Positions 8,705 to 16,733 of a DNA stretch of 21,783 nt are shown piece by piece. The notes below the pieces were generated by a model, which had not been told where the DNA came from, did no database searches, and was given only the letters and a program-made list of their open reading frames with translations. The position numbers and the translations under genes were made by a program. Numbering within the stretch: position 1 is the stretch's first letter; the number at the start of each line of letters is the position of its first letter. The DNA is from Fimbriimonadales bacterium (GTDB lineage: Bacteria > Armatimonadota > Fimbriimonadia > Fimbriimonadales > JABRVX01), in the NCBI GenBank assembly GCA_045862955.1, contig BTVI01000046.1:1-21783 (forward strand), in the 5' to 3' direction.

Positions 8705-11700
8705 CTACACCTGAATGGGAGTGCTTTCGCGCCGCCGGAACACCTTGCGACCGAGCCAGTTACTGAAGTCGTCCACGATGGTGTAGCTGCATGGGATGAC
8801 CAGCAGTGTGAGCAGCGTGGAAAGCGTCATGCCACCAATGATGATGATGCCAAGGGTAGCGCGGAACTCCGAGCCCCGGCCGAGCGCGAGAGCGATCGGC
8901 AGCATCGCCAGAACGAGCGCCAAGGTGGTCATCGAGATGGGTCTCAGACGTATCGGCCCCGCCTCCACCAGCGCTTCTTCCCGCCCTCTTCCCCGTCGCC
9001 TCAAGGTGTTAGTGTAGTCCACCAGCAGAATCGCGTTCTTCCCTACCAGTCCCACGAGCATGATGATGCCGACGAAGCCGACGATGTTGAGCTCGTAGCC
9101 TGTCACGATGAGCGAGAGTAGCGCTCCGGCAAGCGCCTGCGGCTGCGACAACATGATGATGAAGGGATACAGCAAGTTGTCGAAGAGAGAGGCCATCAGC
9201 ATGTACACGAGGATGAGTGAAAGTAGCAGAGCCCTGAACAGGTATCCCTGCTCGTCGCCCATGACACGATTCTCGCCTTGCCATGCTTTGGTCACTCCCT
9301 CCGGCGGTAGGTTCAGCTCGGCCAACTTGGCATCAATCACCCGCTGCATGCTGCCGGGGTTGTAGCCTGGCAACAGCTGCGCCGTAACCTGCACTTCGCG
9401 CTGCTTGTCGCGACGCGTGATCTTGGTCGGGCCAAAGGCAGACCTGGGAGTAGTTAGGTCTCTCAGTGTAAGCAATCCGCCGTCCTGCGAAAAGGCTACT
9501 GGTACCGTCTCGACCAGGCGCACGACGTTCCGGTCTTGTTCGGAAAGGCGCACGCGTATCGGGTACTCCTGGCCGTTCTCGCGGAACTTGATCGTGTCGT
9601 CGCCCTCGTAGGCGATGCGCATGGCGCTACCCAGCTCTTCGACGCTTACACCCAGGTCGGCCATGCGAGTGCGATCCACATACGCGCGTATCTCCGGCTT
9701 TCCTGGCTTCGTCGAGATGTCGGCATCCACCACGCCTGGTATCTCCGAGATGGCATCACGCACTTGCTCCGCAGTCTTTCCTACCAGGTCCACGTCCTGT
9801 CCGTACAGGGAGATAATGATAGGTGCGCCCCATCCCCAACCGCTCACTGCGCTCACGGTCAGCGTGCAGTCGGGGATGCGTCCGATCTTCGCGCGCAGCT
9901 CGTCTGCGACGATGGTGTCTGGCCGGATGCGTATGTCCGGACCGGTTCTGCCGAGTAGCTGCTCGCCGAAGCTTCGCTTGTCGTTCAGGACCACGCGAAG
10001 TTGTGCTACCTGCGAGCCCGACTCGCCGGAGCCGAAGAATCCGCTAGCCGTCGAGCCGATGCTGGAGAACACGTACTTCACGTCTTTGGTCGCCATCGCG
10101 ATCTTCTCGACTCGTTCCACCTCGCGCCTGGTGGAATCCAGTGAGGTGCCGGCGGGGAACAGCATATTGATGGACACGTTGGCGGCGTCCGAGCTGGGAG
10201 CGAACCGGAACTGGAAGATTGGTTGCCCTTTCGCGTGACCTAGGAAGGTGCCGAAGAGCATGGAGGCTGCAAACATCCCCGCCCACATCGCGAACAGTGC
10301 TCCGGCACGGAACCACTCCGGACGACGACGTAGCACGGAGATGAGTGCTAACAGGGCCGCGATGCCGAGAAGGTACATGGCAATCGCTGACACGACGCCC
10401 ACGGAGGCCGCATAGGTGGGCATGAACGAGCCGGCGATCAGGAAGAAGACAGAGAACAGCACGCCGGCGCCCAGGAAGACGGTAAGCCAGCGGTGTCTAA
10501 GCGCAGCGGCCAGAGAGGCGCGGTAGGCTCTCGTGCAAGCTCCCCACACTCGCTCGAACAGCCCGAAGAAGCCGCTGACGTTCTCGAACTGCTCACCCGT
10601 CCGATACCATCGGGCGGCAAGCATCGGCGTGACGGTGAACGAGACGAACAGCGACAGCAGCGTCGCCGTCGCCACCGTGATACCGAAGCTCCGGAAGAAC
10701 TGCCCCACGATACCACCCATCAGCGCAATCGGGATGAACACCACGACGTCTACCAGCGTGATGACAATGGCAGCGAGTCCGATCTCCATTCGCCCGTTCA
10801 GAGCCGCCTGAGGTGGTGGCTCGCCCATAGTAAGGTGCCGGTAGATGTTTTCCAACACCACGATGGCATCGTCCACCAGGATTCCGACTGCCAGAGAGAG
10901 GCCGAGCATCGTCATGTTGTTGAGGGTGAATCCCAACGCCTTAATCAGCATGAAGGTGGCAAGGATACAAGTCGGAATGGCGATCGCGACGATAATGGTT
11001 CCTCGCAGGTTGTGCAGGAACAGAAAGATAATGCCTATCACCAACGCGATGCCGACATATAGGCTAACCTTTAGGTCGGTAAGACTCTCTTCGACGCGCT
11101 TCGCCTGGTCTTCGATGATGGTGAAAACGATGTCGGGATACTGCTTGTTTAGCTCCTGGATCTCCGCCTTGACGGCCCTGGAGATGTCCACAGCGTTGCC
11201 TTGCGTCTGCTTTTGGAAGATCATGGCAATGCTGTCGTTTCCGTTCAGCCTCGTCTCCGTGGTCCTCTCGGCGACGGAATCCGTCACCTCGGCGATGTCT
11301 GATAGCCGAATCACGGGCCCCTTTGCCATCGGATTGGCACGGTTCTGAAGCTGGATGCGCAGATTGCGAAGCTCGTCTATGGTGCGAAACTCGCCGTAGA
11401 CACGTACCGTGTACTCACGGTTGCCCTCGATAGAGCGCCCAGCGGGGACGTTGAAGTTGGCCGCACGAATGGCACTCCACACACGCGTGATCGGCAGTCC
11501 GTAGGCGATTAGCTTCTCCCTGCTAACCGAGACTTGTATCTCGCGCTCGTCGCCTCCCGTGACTGCGATGGCACCGACTCCGTCGATGCGGCTGAACCGG
11601 TCCTTGAGGACGCGGTCGGCGAGGTCTCGCAACTCTGCAGAGGGGCGCGTCGAGGACACTGTCATGTACAGGATCGGCTGGCTGGTCGTCTCGAACTTCT

Positions 11701-12085
11701 GAATGGTAGGTGTCAGGGCATCTCGCGGCAGGTCGGCTCGAATCGCTTCCACCTTCGCGCGCACGTCGTTGAACGCAACCTCTACGTCGGTACCAACGTC
11801 GAAGGTCGCCAGAACAACGGCCGCACCTTCCTGGGAGGTAGATGTTAGTTCCCGCAGTCCGGCGACGGAGCTGATGGCGTCTTCGACCTTGCGTGCAACG
11901 AGGGTCTCCACCTCCTCCGGGCCCGCGCCGGGGTATGCCACCACTACCGTAACTGCGGGGAAGGAGACCTCCGGCTGAAGCTCCACTCTCATCGTGCTAA
12001 GTGCCAACCCCCCTAGCACGATGGAGCCTAGCATCAGCATGAGAATAAAAATAGGCCGGTTGATGGCCAGTTTGGTAAGCCACAT
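8705..12085 (-). CDS. RND efflux permease (AcrB/AcrD/AcrF family), 1126 aa
   Basis: AINRP start, proton-relay motifs GILVDDAIVVLENI and GKNAILLVD, RLRPISMT, two large periplasmic domains. Confidence 0.97.
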   Translation of the reverse strand: MWLTKLAINRPIFILMLMLGSIVLGGLALSTMRVELQPEVSFPAVTVVVAYPGAGPEEVETLVARKVEDAISSVAGLRELTSTSQEGAAVVLATFDVGTDVEVAFNDVRAKVEAIRADLPRDALTPTIQKFETTSQPILYMTVSSTRPSAELRDLADRVLKDRFSRIDGVGAIAVTGGDEREIQVSVSREKLIAYGLPITRVWSAIRAANFNVPAGRSIEGNREYTVRVYGEFRTIDELRNLRIQLQNRANPMAKGPVIRLSDIAEVTDSVAERTTETRLNGNDSIAMIFQKQTQGNAVDISRAVKAEIQELNKQYPDIVFTIIEDQAKRVEESLTDLKVSLYVGIALVIGIIFLFLHNLRGTIIVAIAIPTCILATFMLIKALGFTLNNMTMLGLSLAVGILVDDAIVVLENIYRHLTMGEPPPQAALNGRMEIGLAAIVITLVDVVVFIPIALMGGIVGQFFRSFGITVATATLLSLFVSFTVTPMLAARWYRTGEQFENVSGFFGLFERVWGACTRAYRASLAAALRHRWLTVFLGAGVLFSVFFLIAGSFMPTYAASVGVVSAIAMYLLGIAALLALISVLRRRPEWFRAGALFAMWAGMFAASMLFGTFLGHAKGQPIFQFRFAPSSDAANVSINMLFPAGTSLDSTRREVERVEKIAMATKDVKYVFSSIGSTASGFFGSGESGSQVAQLRVVLNDKRSFGEQLLGRTGPDIRIRPDTIVADELRAKIGRIPDCTLTVSAVSGWGWGAPIIISLYGQDVDLVGKTAEQVRDAISEIPGVVDADISTKPGKPEIRAYVDRTRMADLGVSVEELGSAMRIAYEGDDTIKFRENGQEYPIRVRLSEQDRNVVRLVETVPVAFSQDGGLLTLRDLTTPRSAFGPTKITRRDKQREVQVTAQLLPGYNPGSMQRVIDAKLAELNLPPEGVTKAWQGENRVMGDEQGYLFRALLLSLILVYMLMASLFDNLLYPFIIMLSQPQALAGALLSLIVTGYELNIVGFVGIIMLVGLVGKNAILLVDYTNTLRRRGRGREEALVEAGPIRLRPISMTTLALVLAMLPIALALGRGSEFRATLGIIIIGGMTLSTLLTLLVIPCSYTIVDDFSNWLGRKVFRRRESTPIQV

Positions 12086-12099
12086 AGTCCGAACCCCCC

Positions 12100-13596
12100 T
12101 TAGCGGCCGGATTCCGCTGGACGCCCTTGCTCTTCGGTCCCGGTGTCCTGTCGTTTTTCGAGCTGGACCTTGCCGCCGTCCACTAACATGTCTGCGCCCT
12201 TGACTACCACTTGCTCGCCAGGCTCCACTCCGATCACCTGCACCACGTGAGCGTTGCTAAGGCCCAGTGTGATGGGGCGCTTCTGGGCGGTGCCACCCTT
12301 CACGACGAAGACCACCGGCTCACCACCCCGGGACACCACCGCATCCTTCGGCACCACGACTGCCGAAGGTATCCGGCGCACGGCGATCTCGCCCCGAGCG
12401 AACATCCCGGGTCTGAGTGCGAGCCCCCCACGGTCCAAAGCGACGCGGACCGTGAACAACCTAGCCTGGTCGTCGCCAACCGGGCGCAGGGCTGCTACGC
12501 GGCCGGTCAACGTGCGGCCCGGATACGCATCCAATCGCACGGTTACGGGTTGACCGACGCCGATGTTGGCTAGTTGAGTCTCCGAGACATTGCCTTCGAA
12601 GTACACGCTGCCGAGGCTGACAATGCGAAGGATAGGCTGGCCCGGCATGGCCATCTGCCCCGGGTGGCCCATGCGGCTTTCCACTTGACCGCTGACGGGG
12701 CAGTAGATGCGGGTGTTCTCCAGTTGCTGGTTCGCGAGTTGTACTTGGGCACGGGCTTGCGCTACTGCGGCTCGGGCGGCTGCCACCTGCTCTTGCTTAA
12801 CAACATCGGTGGTGCGAAGCTCCTTGGCTTGAACCAGCTGCTGCTCCGCCTGTCGGACCGCTTGTCGCGCGGCCTCGATGTCCTCCTGACGTGCGCCTTC
12901 CTTGACCAGACTTAGGGTGGCCTGCGCGGCCTCGTACTGAGCGCGCGCGGTGTCCATTCCGGTTTTCGCGGCATCGAGCTGCTGCTTGCTCACTGCGTCC
13001 TTGGCGTAGAGATCTGCGATGCGTGCGTGGTCCGCTACCGCCAGGTCCCACGCTGCTCTGGCGGCATCGACGGCCTTCTGCGCCTGTTCGATCTCCTGTC
13101 TGCGCGCACCCTCTTCCAGTTTCTTCAGCGTTGCGCGCGCTTGTGCCAGCCCAGCCTCGGCCGCGCGGATCGTGGCCTCGGTGACCACGGGGGAAGACCG
13201 TGCTCCCGCCTCGGCCTGTGCGAGTGCCGATCGCGCCGAAGCGAGTCCCGCCTCGGCCTGCCGCAGCTGGGTGAGGAGCTCGTCCGTCTCTTGCGTCGCG
13301 ACAAGCTGCCCGGCGCGCACCGCGTCGCCTTCACGCACGAACACGCGAGCGAGGCGCCCTGCGATCTTCGGGCTGAGGGTCAAGTCGTCGAGTGCTGCAA
13401 GGCTTCCGGTTATCTCCACCGTCTCCACCATCTCTTGAACCCTGGCGGGTTCCAGACGGACGACCGTGCGGGTTTCCGGCTTGGCAGGGCCGGCGGACGG
13501 AGCCTGCTCGGGCTGCACCTTCGCGGGACCGCCGCAGCCTGCTAGTGCGAGCACCAGTGCTGCCGGCAGCAGGAAAGGGGTTCTCTTCAGCGACAT
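12100..13596 (-). CDS. RND periplasmic adaptor (MFP), lipoprotein with long coiled coil
   Basis: Lipobox LALAGC, lipoyl half-motifs (PKIAGRL..V.VREGD.V, I.CPVSGQV), LRPGMFA and VVPKDAV. Confidence 0.95.
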   Translation of the reverse strand: MSLKRTPFLLPAALVLALAGCGGPAKVQPEQAPSAGPAKPETRTVVRLEPARVQEMVETVEITGSLAALDDLTLSPKIAGRLARVFVREGDAVRAGQLVATQETDELLTQLRQAEAGLASARSALAQAEAGARSSPVVTEATIRAAEAGLAQARATLKKLEEGARRQEIEQAQKAVDAARAAWDLAVADHARIADLYAKDAVSKQQLDAAKTGMDTARAQYEAAQATLSLVKEGARQEDIEAARQAVRQAEQQLVQAKELRTTDVVKQEQVAAARAAVAQARAQVQLANQQLENTRIYCPVSGQVESRMGHPGQMAMPGQPILRIVSLGSVYFEGNVSETQLANIGVGQPVTVRLDAYPGRTLTGRVAALRPVGDDQARLFTVRVALDRGGLALRPGMFARGEIAVRRIPSAVVVPKDAVVSRGGEPVVFVVKGGTAQKRPITLGLSNAHVVQVIGVEPGEQVVVKGADMLVDGGKVQLEKRQDTGTEEQGRPAESGR

Positions 13597-14910
13597 CTAC
13601 ACATCCTCCGATCCGACCGCGCGCTGCAGTTGCGCGTAGGCTTGCAGGTAGTCGTATCGTGCGTTCAAGGCGTTCAGCTTGGCCTGCGTTAGGGCGAGCT
13701 CGGCATCGCTCACCTCGAGCTGTATCGCCAGTTCGTTCTTGTAGCGGAGCTGGGCCAGCCGCAGCACTTCTTCGGCTTCTGCTAACGCGGCCTCGGCAGT
13801 GACCAGCCGCTCGGACGCCTCCTGCACCGATAGCAGGGCTTGCTTCACCTGCAGGGTCACTCCCAGCTTGGCTTCTTCGAAACCGGCCCTAGCCTTCTCC
13901 ACGTCCGCCCTGGCCTGCCCGACTCGAGCCTTCGTGATGTTGCCGTCGTACAGCGGGAAGGAGAGCACCGCGGCACCCGTGTAACGCTCCTTGCGATTGT
14001 TGAAGAGGGTGGTGCGGAAGTTGTAGTCGCCGACCACTGACAAGGTGAGCGACGGCATCATGCCTAGTCGCTCCAGGCTGAGGACCGACTCTTGAACACG
14101 CGTTACCCACTCGAGCTGTCGTAACTCGGGTCGCTTCTCCAGTGCCTCCGCGGTCAGGTCTTCTAGCTTCCCCTTGCACTGAGGGAGGTCGCCCGCCGGG
14201 GCCAGCTCGAAAGGCGTGTCCACCTCGCGAGCTAACACGTTGTTGAACGCCGCCTTCGCGAGTGCCACGGCGTTACGTGCCGAGATCAGCCCCTGGCGGT
14301 TTTGTGCTACCTGCGTCTTCGCTCGCAGCACGTCGATCTTGCTCGCGGTACCCGCCTCGACCTGGGCTTCCGCGACGCGCTGCCGCTCCTCGGCGTTCTT
14401 GACGGCCTCTTCGGCGATGGCCACTGCGGCCTGCGCACGCAGCACGTTGTAATAAGCGAGCTTGACGCGCAACGCTACCTCGGCTTCCTCGGCGCTCAGG
14501 CCCGCGCGCGCGGCGGTCTCGTACGCCTTTGCGCCACGCACGCCGATGCGCTGCTTGCCAGAGATGTCCACGGCTTGGCCGAGCACCACCTGTGCCGTCC
14601 GCGAGTCCTCGGGCTGGATGACGATGGACTGGGTGATCGGATTGCCTTCCGGGTCCTGTCCTGGGAACTCCGCCGTGGTCTTTCTGTCGAAGCGCGTGTA
14701 CGTTGCCGAGCCGGTGACCTGAGGGCGCATGGCTGCGTAACCCTGATTGACTTGCTCGCGGCTCTTCGCGAGTTCGGCGCGCGCCCGACGGACCGACAAA
14801 CTATTCTCCAGGGCGATTCCGATCGCTTGGTCGAGGGTGAGTGTCTGAGGGGCTTGCTGTAGCGCAACGGTGCAGAGCGCCGCGACCGTGGCTACCATTC
14901 CGAGAACCAT
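13597..14910 (-). CDS. TolC family outer-membrane efflux protein
   Basis: ATG at 14910 with GGAGGAG SD and signal peptide. LTLDQAI..AL..S, AYYNVL, PLYDG and A.L....ARYDY repeats. Confidence 0.93.
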   Translation of the reverse strand: MVLGMVATVAALCTVALQQAPQTLTLDQAIGIALENSLSVRRARAELAKSREQVNQGYAAMRPQVTGSATYTRFDRKTTAEFPGQDPEGNPITQSIVIQPEDSRTAQVVLGQAVDISGKQRIGVRGAKAYETAARAGLSAEEAEVALRVKLAYYNVLRAQAAVAIAEEAVKNAEERQRVAEAQVEAGTASKIDVLRAKTQVAQNRQGLISARNAVALAKAAFNNVLAREVDTPFELAPAGDLPQCKGKLEDLTAEALEKRPELRQLEWVTRVQESVLSLERLGMMPSLTLSVVGDYNFRTTLFNNRKERYTGAAVLSFPLYDGNITKARVGQARADVEKARAGFEEAKLGVTLQVKQALLSVQEASERLVTAEAALAEAEEVLRLAQLRYKNELAIQLEVSDAELALTQAKLNALNARYDYLQAYAQLQRAVGSEDV

Positions 14911-14912
14911 CC

Positions 14913-15182
14913 CTAGTGCTCCTCCTGCTTGGATTCCGGTGCTCCTTTGCGTTCCAGGTCCTCGATTCCTTTCGCCAAGAGGTCGAGAAAGGAGCGCACA
15001 TCGTCGATCTTGCACATCATGATCCCGGCGTAGACGGGATGCCGCATTACCAAAAGCTTGTCTCCAGGGTTGTAACCTAACTCGTGCCGCGCCTCCGCCG
15101 GGATGACGACCTGCCCTCGCTCCCCGACGGTGACGGACCCGTAGAAGTGCTTGTCACAACTGAACTGCTCGTGATTCACCAC
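14913..15182 (-). CDS. AbrB/MazE/SpoVT family DNA-binding protein
   Basis: GSVTVGERGQVVIPAEARHELGYNPGDKL signature and SD GGAAGGAGG. Confidence 0.92.
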   Translation of the reverse strand: MVNHEQFSCDKHFYGSVTVGERGQVVIPAEARHELGYNPGDKLLVMRHPVYAGIMMCKIDDVRSFLDLLAKGIEDLERKGAPESKQEEH

Positions 15183-15210
15183 GGGCCCTCCTTCCGATTC
15201 GCACGAGGAG

Positions 15211-15253
15211 TCATGCGATTCATGCGAATTATACGGCCTTCGCGCGCATGCGA
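15211..15253 (-). promoter_or_regulatory. Efflux operon promoter: -10 TATAAT with three TCGCATG repeats
   Basis: TATAAT at 15228-15233 on the minus strand. CATGCGA occurs at 15212, 15221 and 15247. No good -35. Confidence 0.55.
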
Positions 15254-15299
15254 TGCGGCTACCGGGCGCGGCGTAGGCTAATGGGCCCGCCTGCAGCGG

Positions 15300-15914
15300 C
15301 TACACGTCCCGAATGACGAGCAGGCGAATGGGAATGCCGACCACCTCGTGCTCGCCGACAGGGATGTCGGGATACCTAGGGTTGCGGCTACGTAGCACGG
15401 GTCCCGATGGCATGTCCACCCAAAGCTTCACCACGGGGCACCCCTCTACCTGCACCACGACTGGGTCACCGCTCTTCACCATGAACGACCGCTTTACAGC
15501 CACCAGCGCACCGTGCGGAAAGTCGGGGTCCATCGAGTCGCCTTGCACGCGAACGAAGAAGTCCGCCCCGCGTGCGAACTCCTCGGGCACCACGGCCGTC
15601 TGGGGTTCCAGAAGCGCCTCGCCCTGGCCCGCGAGACAGGTGCCCTCGACCGTCACCTCTATGAAGGCTCCGGGTGGCGAGGCGAGGTCGGCCAAGTGGT
15701 CGTAGCCTGCAGCTCGCAGCCATAGTTCGCGTGGCTCTCTCAGAGCCTGCGCGAGCCGGAGCACTACTTCCGGTGAGGGCACCACCTGCCCCAACATCCA
15801 GTTGGACACGTAGGACGGGTTAACCCCCGCGAGCGCGGCGAGCTTGCGCTGACTTAGCCTACGCTCTCGCATCACTCGCTCTACTTCGGCTAGGAACCGC
15901 TCTGCTCTCGGCAC
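15300..15914 (-). CDS. CI/LexA-like repressor (XRE HTH + S24 peptidase), ~204 aa
   Basis: HTH LSQRKLAALAGVNPSYVSNW, Ala-Gly cleavage site (CLAG), catalytic Ser (GDSM) and Lys (VVKL), L.S.NPRYPDI. Probable GTG start at 15914. Confidence 0.92.
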   Translation of the reverse strand: MPRAERFLAEVERVMRERRLSQRKLAALAGVNPSYVSNWMLGQVVPSPEVVLRLAQALREPRELWLRAAGYDHLADLASPPGAFIEVTVEGTCLAGQGEALLEPQTAVVPEEFARGADFFVRVQGDSMDPDFPHGALVAVKRSFMVKSGDPVVVQVEGCPVVKLWVDMPSGPVLRSRNPRYPDIPVGEHEVVGIPIRLLVIRDV

Positions 15915-15976
15915 TGCTCCAACCCCCTTCGTCGGCCCTCTGGGTTCCCGCCCTCGGCGGGCCCCAACTCGTCCTC

Positions 15977-16051
15977 CATGCCCTGGCCCGCGTCCTCCGT
16001 CCTGCTCCCCCTGAACGGACAGGATGAAGCCGAGGACCGCGCCAGGGCATG
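15977..16051. other. Long imperfect hairpin in the repressor 5' leader
   Basis: 11-bp perfect arms CATGCCCTGGC/GCCAGGGCATG with inner GTCCTC/GAGGAC and TCCTG/CAGGA pairings. Confidence 0.7.
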
Positions 16052-16065
16052 ACAACATCGTTCCC

Positions 16066-16119
16066 ATTCTACCCCTGGGTATTGACTACAGTCAACATTT
16101 ATGGTAGACTAATGTCTAC
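16066..16119. promoter_or_regulatory. Divergent promoters overlapped by two palindromic operators
   Basis: Plus strand: TTGACT(16082)-17-TAGACT(16105). Minus strand: TTGACT(16095-16090)-18-TAGAAT(16071-16066). Palindromes TTGAC-TACA-GTCAA and GTAGAC-TAAT-GTCTAC in an AT-rich patch. Confidence 0.8.
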
Positions 16120-16146
16120 ATCGTTTGCACGGATGAGGGGGCGTCA

Positions 16147-16389
16147 ATGGTTTTCGTTTGCGAGGCATGCCACAAGGAGCACTCCTCCTGGAGCAGCCTT
16201 TGCCCCGAGTGCCGGGAGTTCCTCGACCGATTTCAGGGACTGGTCGCCGAGTTCGAAGACCCGGTCCCTGCGCTGAGGCAATACTGCTCCGACGAGCTGA
16301 ACTGGATCGTATTCGACGGAGACGACGACTTCGACATGGACTGCCTGGCCCGCATGAGGCGGCTGCACGACGAGGGAGTGCGCCCGTGA
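16147..16389 (+). CDS. Small zinc-finger protein (CxxC-x10-CPxC) with acidic C-terminus, 80 aa
   Basis: SD GAGGGG. FVCEACHKEHSSWSSLCPEC. First gene after the rightward promoter, with GTGA overlap to the next ORF. Confidence 0.7.
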   Translation: MVFVCEACHKEHSSWSSLCPECREFLDRFQGLVAEFEDPVPALRQYCSDELNWIVFDGDDDFDMDCLARMRRLHDEGVRP

Positions 16390-16733
16390 CGCGGGTCGGC
16401 CGCAAAGCGAAGGGGACCGGAGTCGCCGGGGGGTGCGCGAACGGGGACGGCGCACAGGCTCCGGCCCCTTCGCCTCCCATGCCTCTCACGGTGGAGCACG
16501 CCTTTCGCCGAATAGCGGACGCAAGGGGTTTGGCGGAGGGCGACCTGTTCACGCGGGTGGTAGAGGCCGGGTTGGTATCGCAAGCCGAGCAGGGCCAGGG
16601 TTGGGCGGTCAAGCTGCTGCTCGAAACACTAATTGCGGCACCCGCCGACGAAGAGGTCGCGCGCCCGCTCAGCCCGGAAGCCGGTCAGCGCATCTACGAA
16701 ATACTGCTGCAGGAGCGAGCGCTTGACCGCTAA
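16386..16733 (+). CDS. Hypothetical protein, putative terminase small subunit (115 aa)
   Basis: GTG start overlaps the upstream TGA, and the 3' end overlaps the terL start. Helical ..GWAVKLLLE.. segment. Function inferred from position only. Confidence 0.55.
   Translation: MTRVGRKAKGTGVAGGCANGDGAQAPAPSPPMPLTVEHAFRRIADARGLAEGDLFTRVVEAGLVSQAEQGQGWAVKLLLETLIAAPADEEVARPLSPEAGQRIYEILLQERALDR

Noticed and set aside
14913..15182. Toxin-antitoxin module
   Set aside because: No PIN or MazF toxin gene is adjacent. The next gene is TolC.
15300..15914. Host SOS repressor lexA
   Set aside because: The N-terminal domain is an XRE/CI-type HTH rather than the LexA winged helix, and the context is phage-like.
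15977..16051. SRP (4.5S) RNA
   Set aside because: It has CAGG and AGCAG on the minus strand but lacks the intervening stem and GNRA tetraloop of SRP helix 8.
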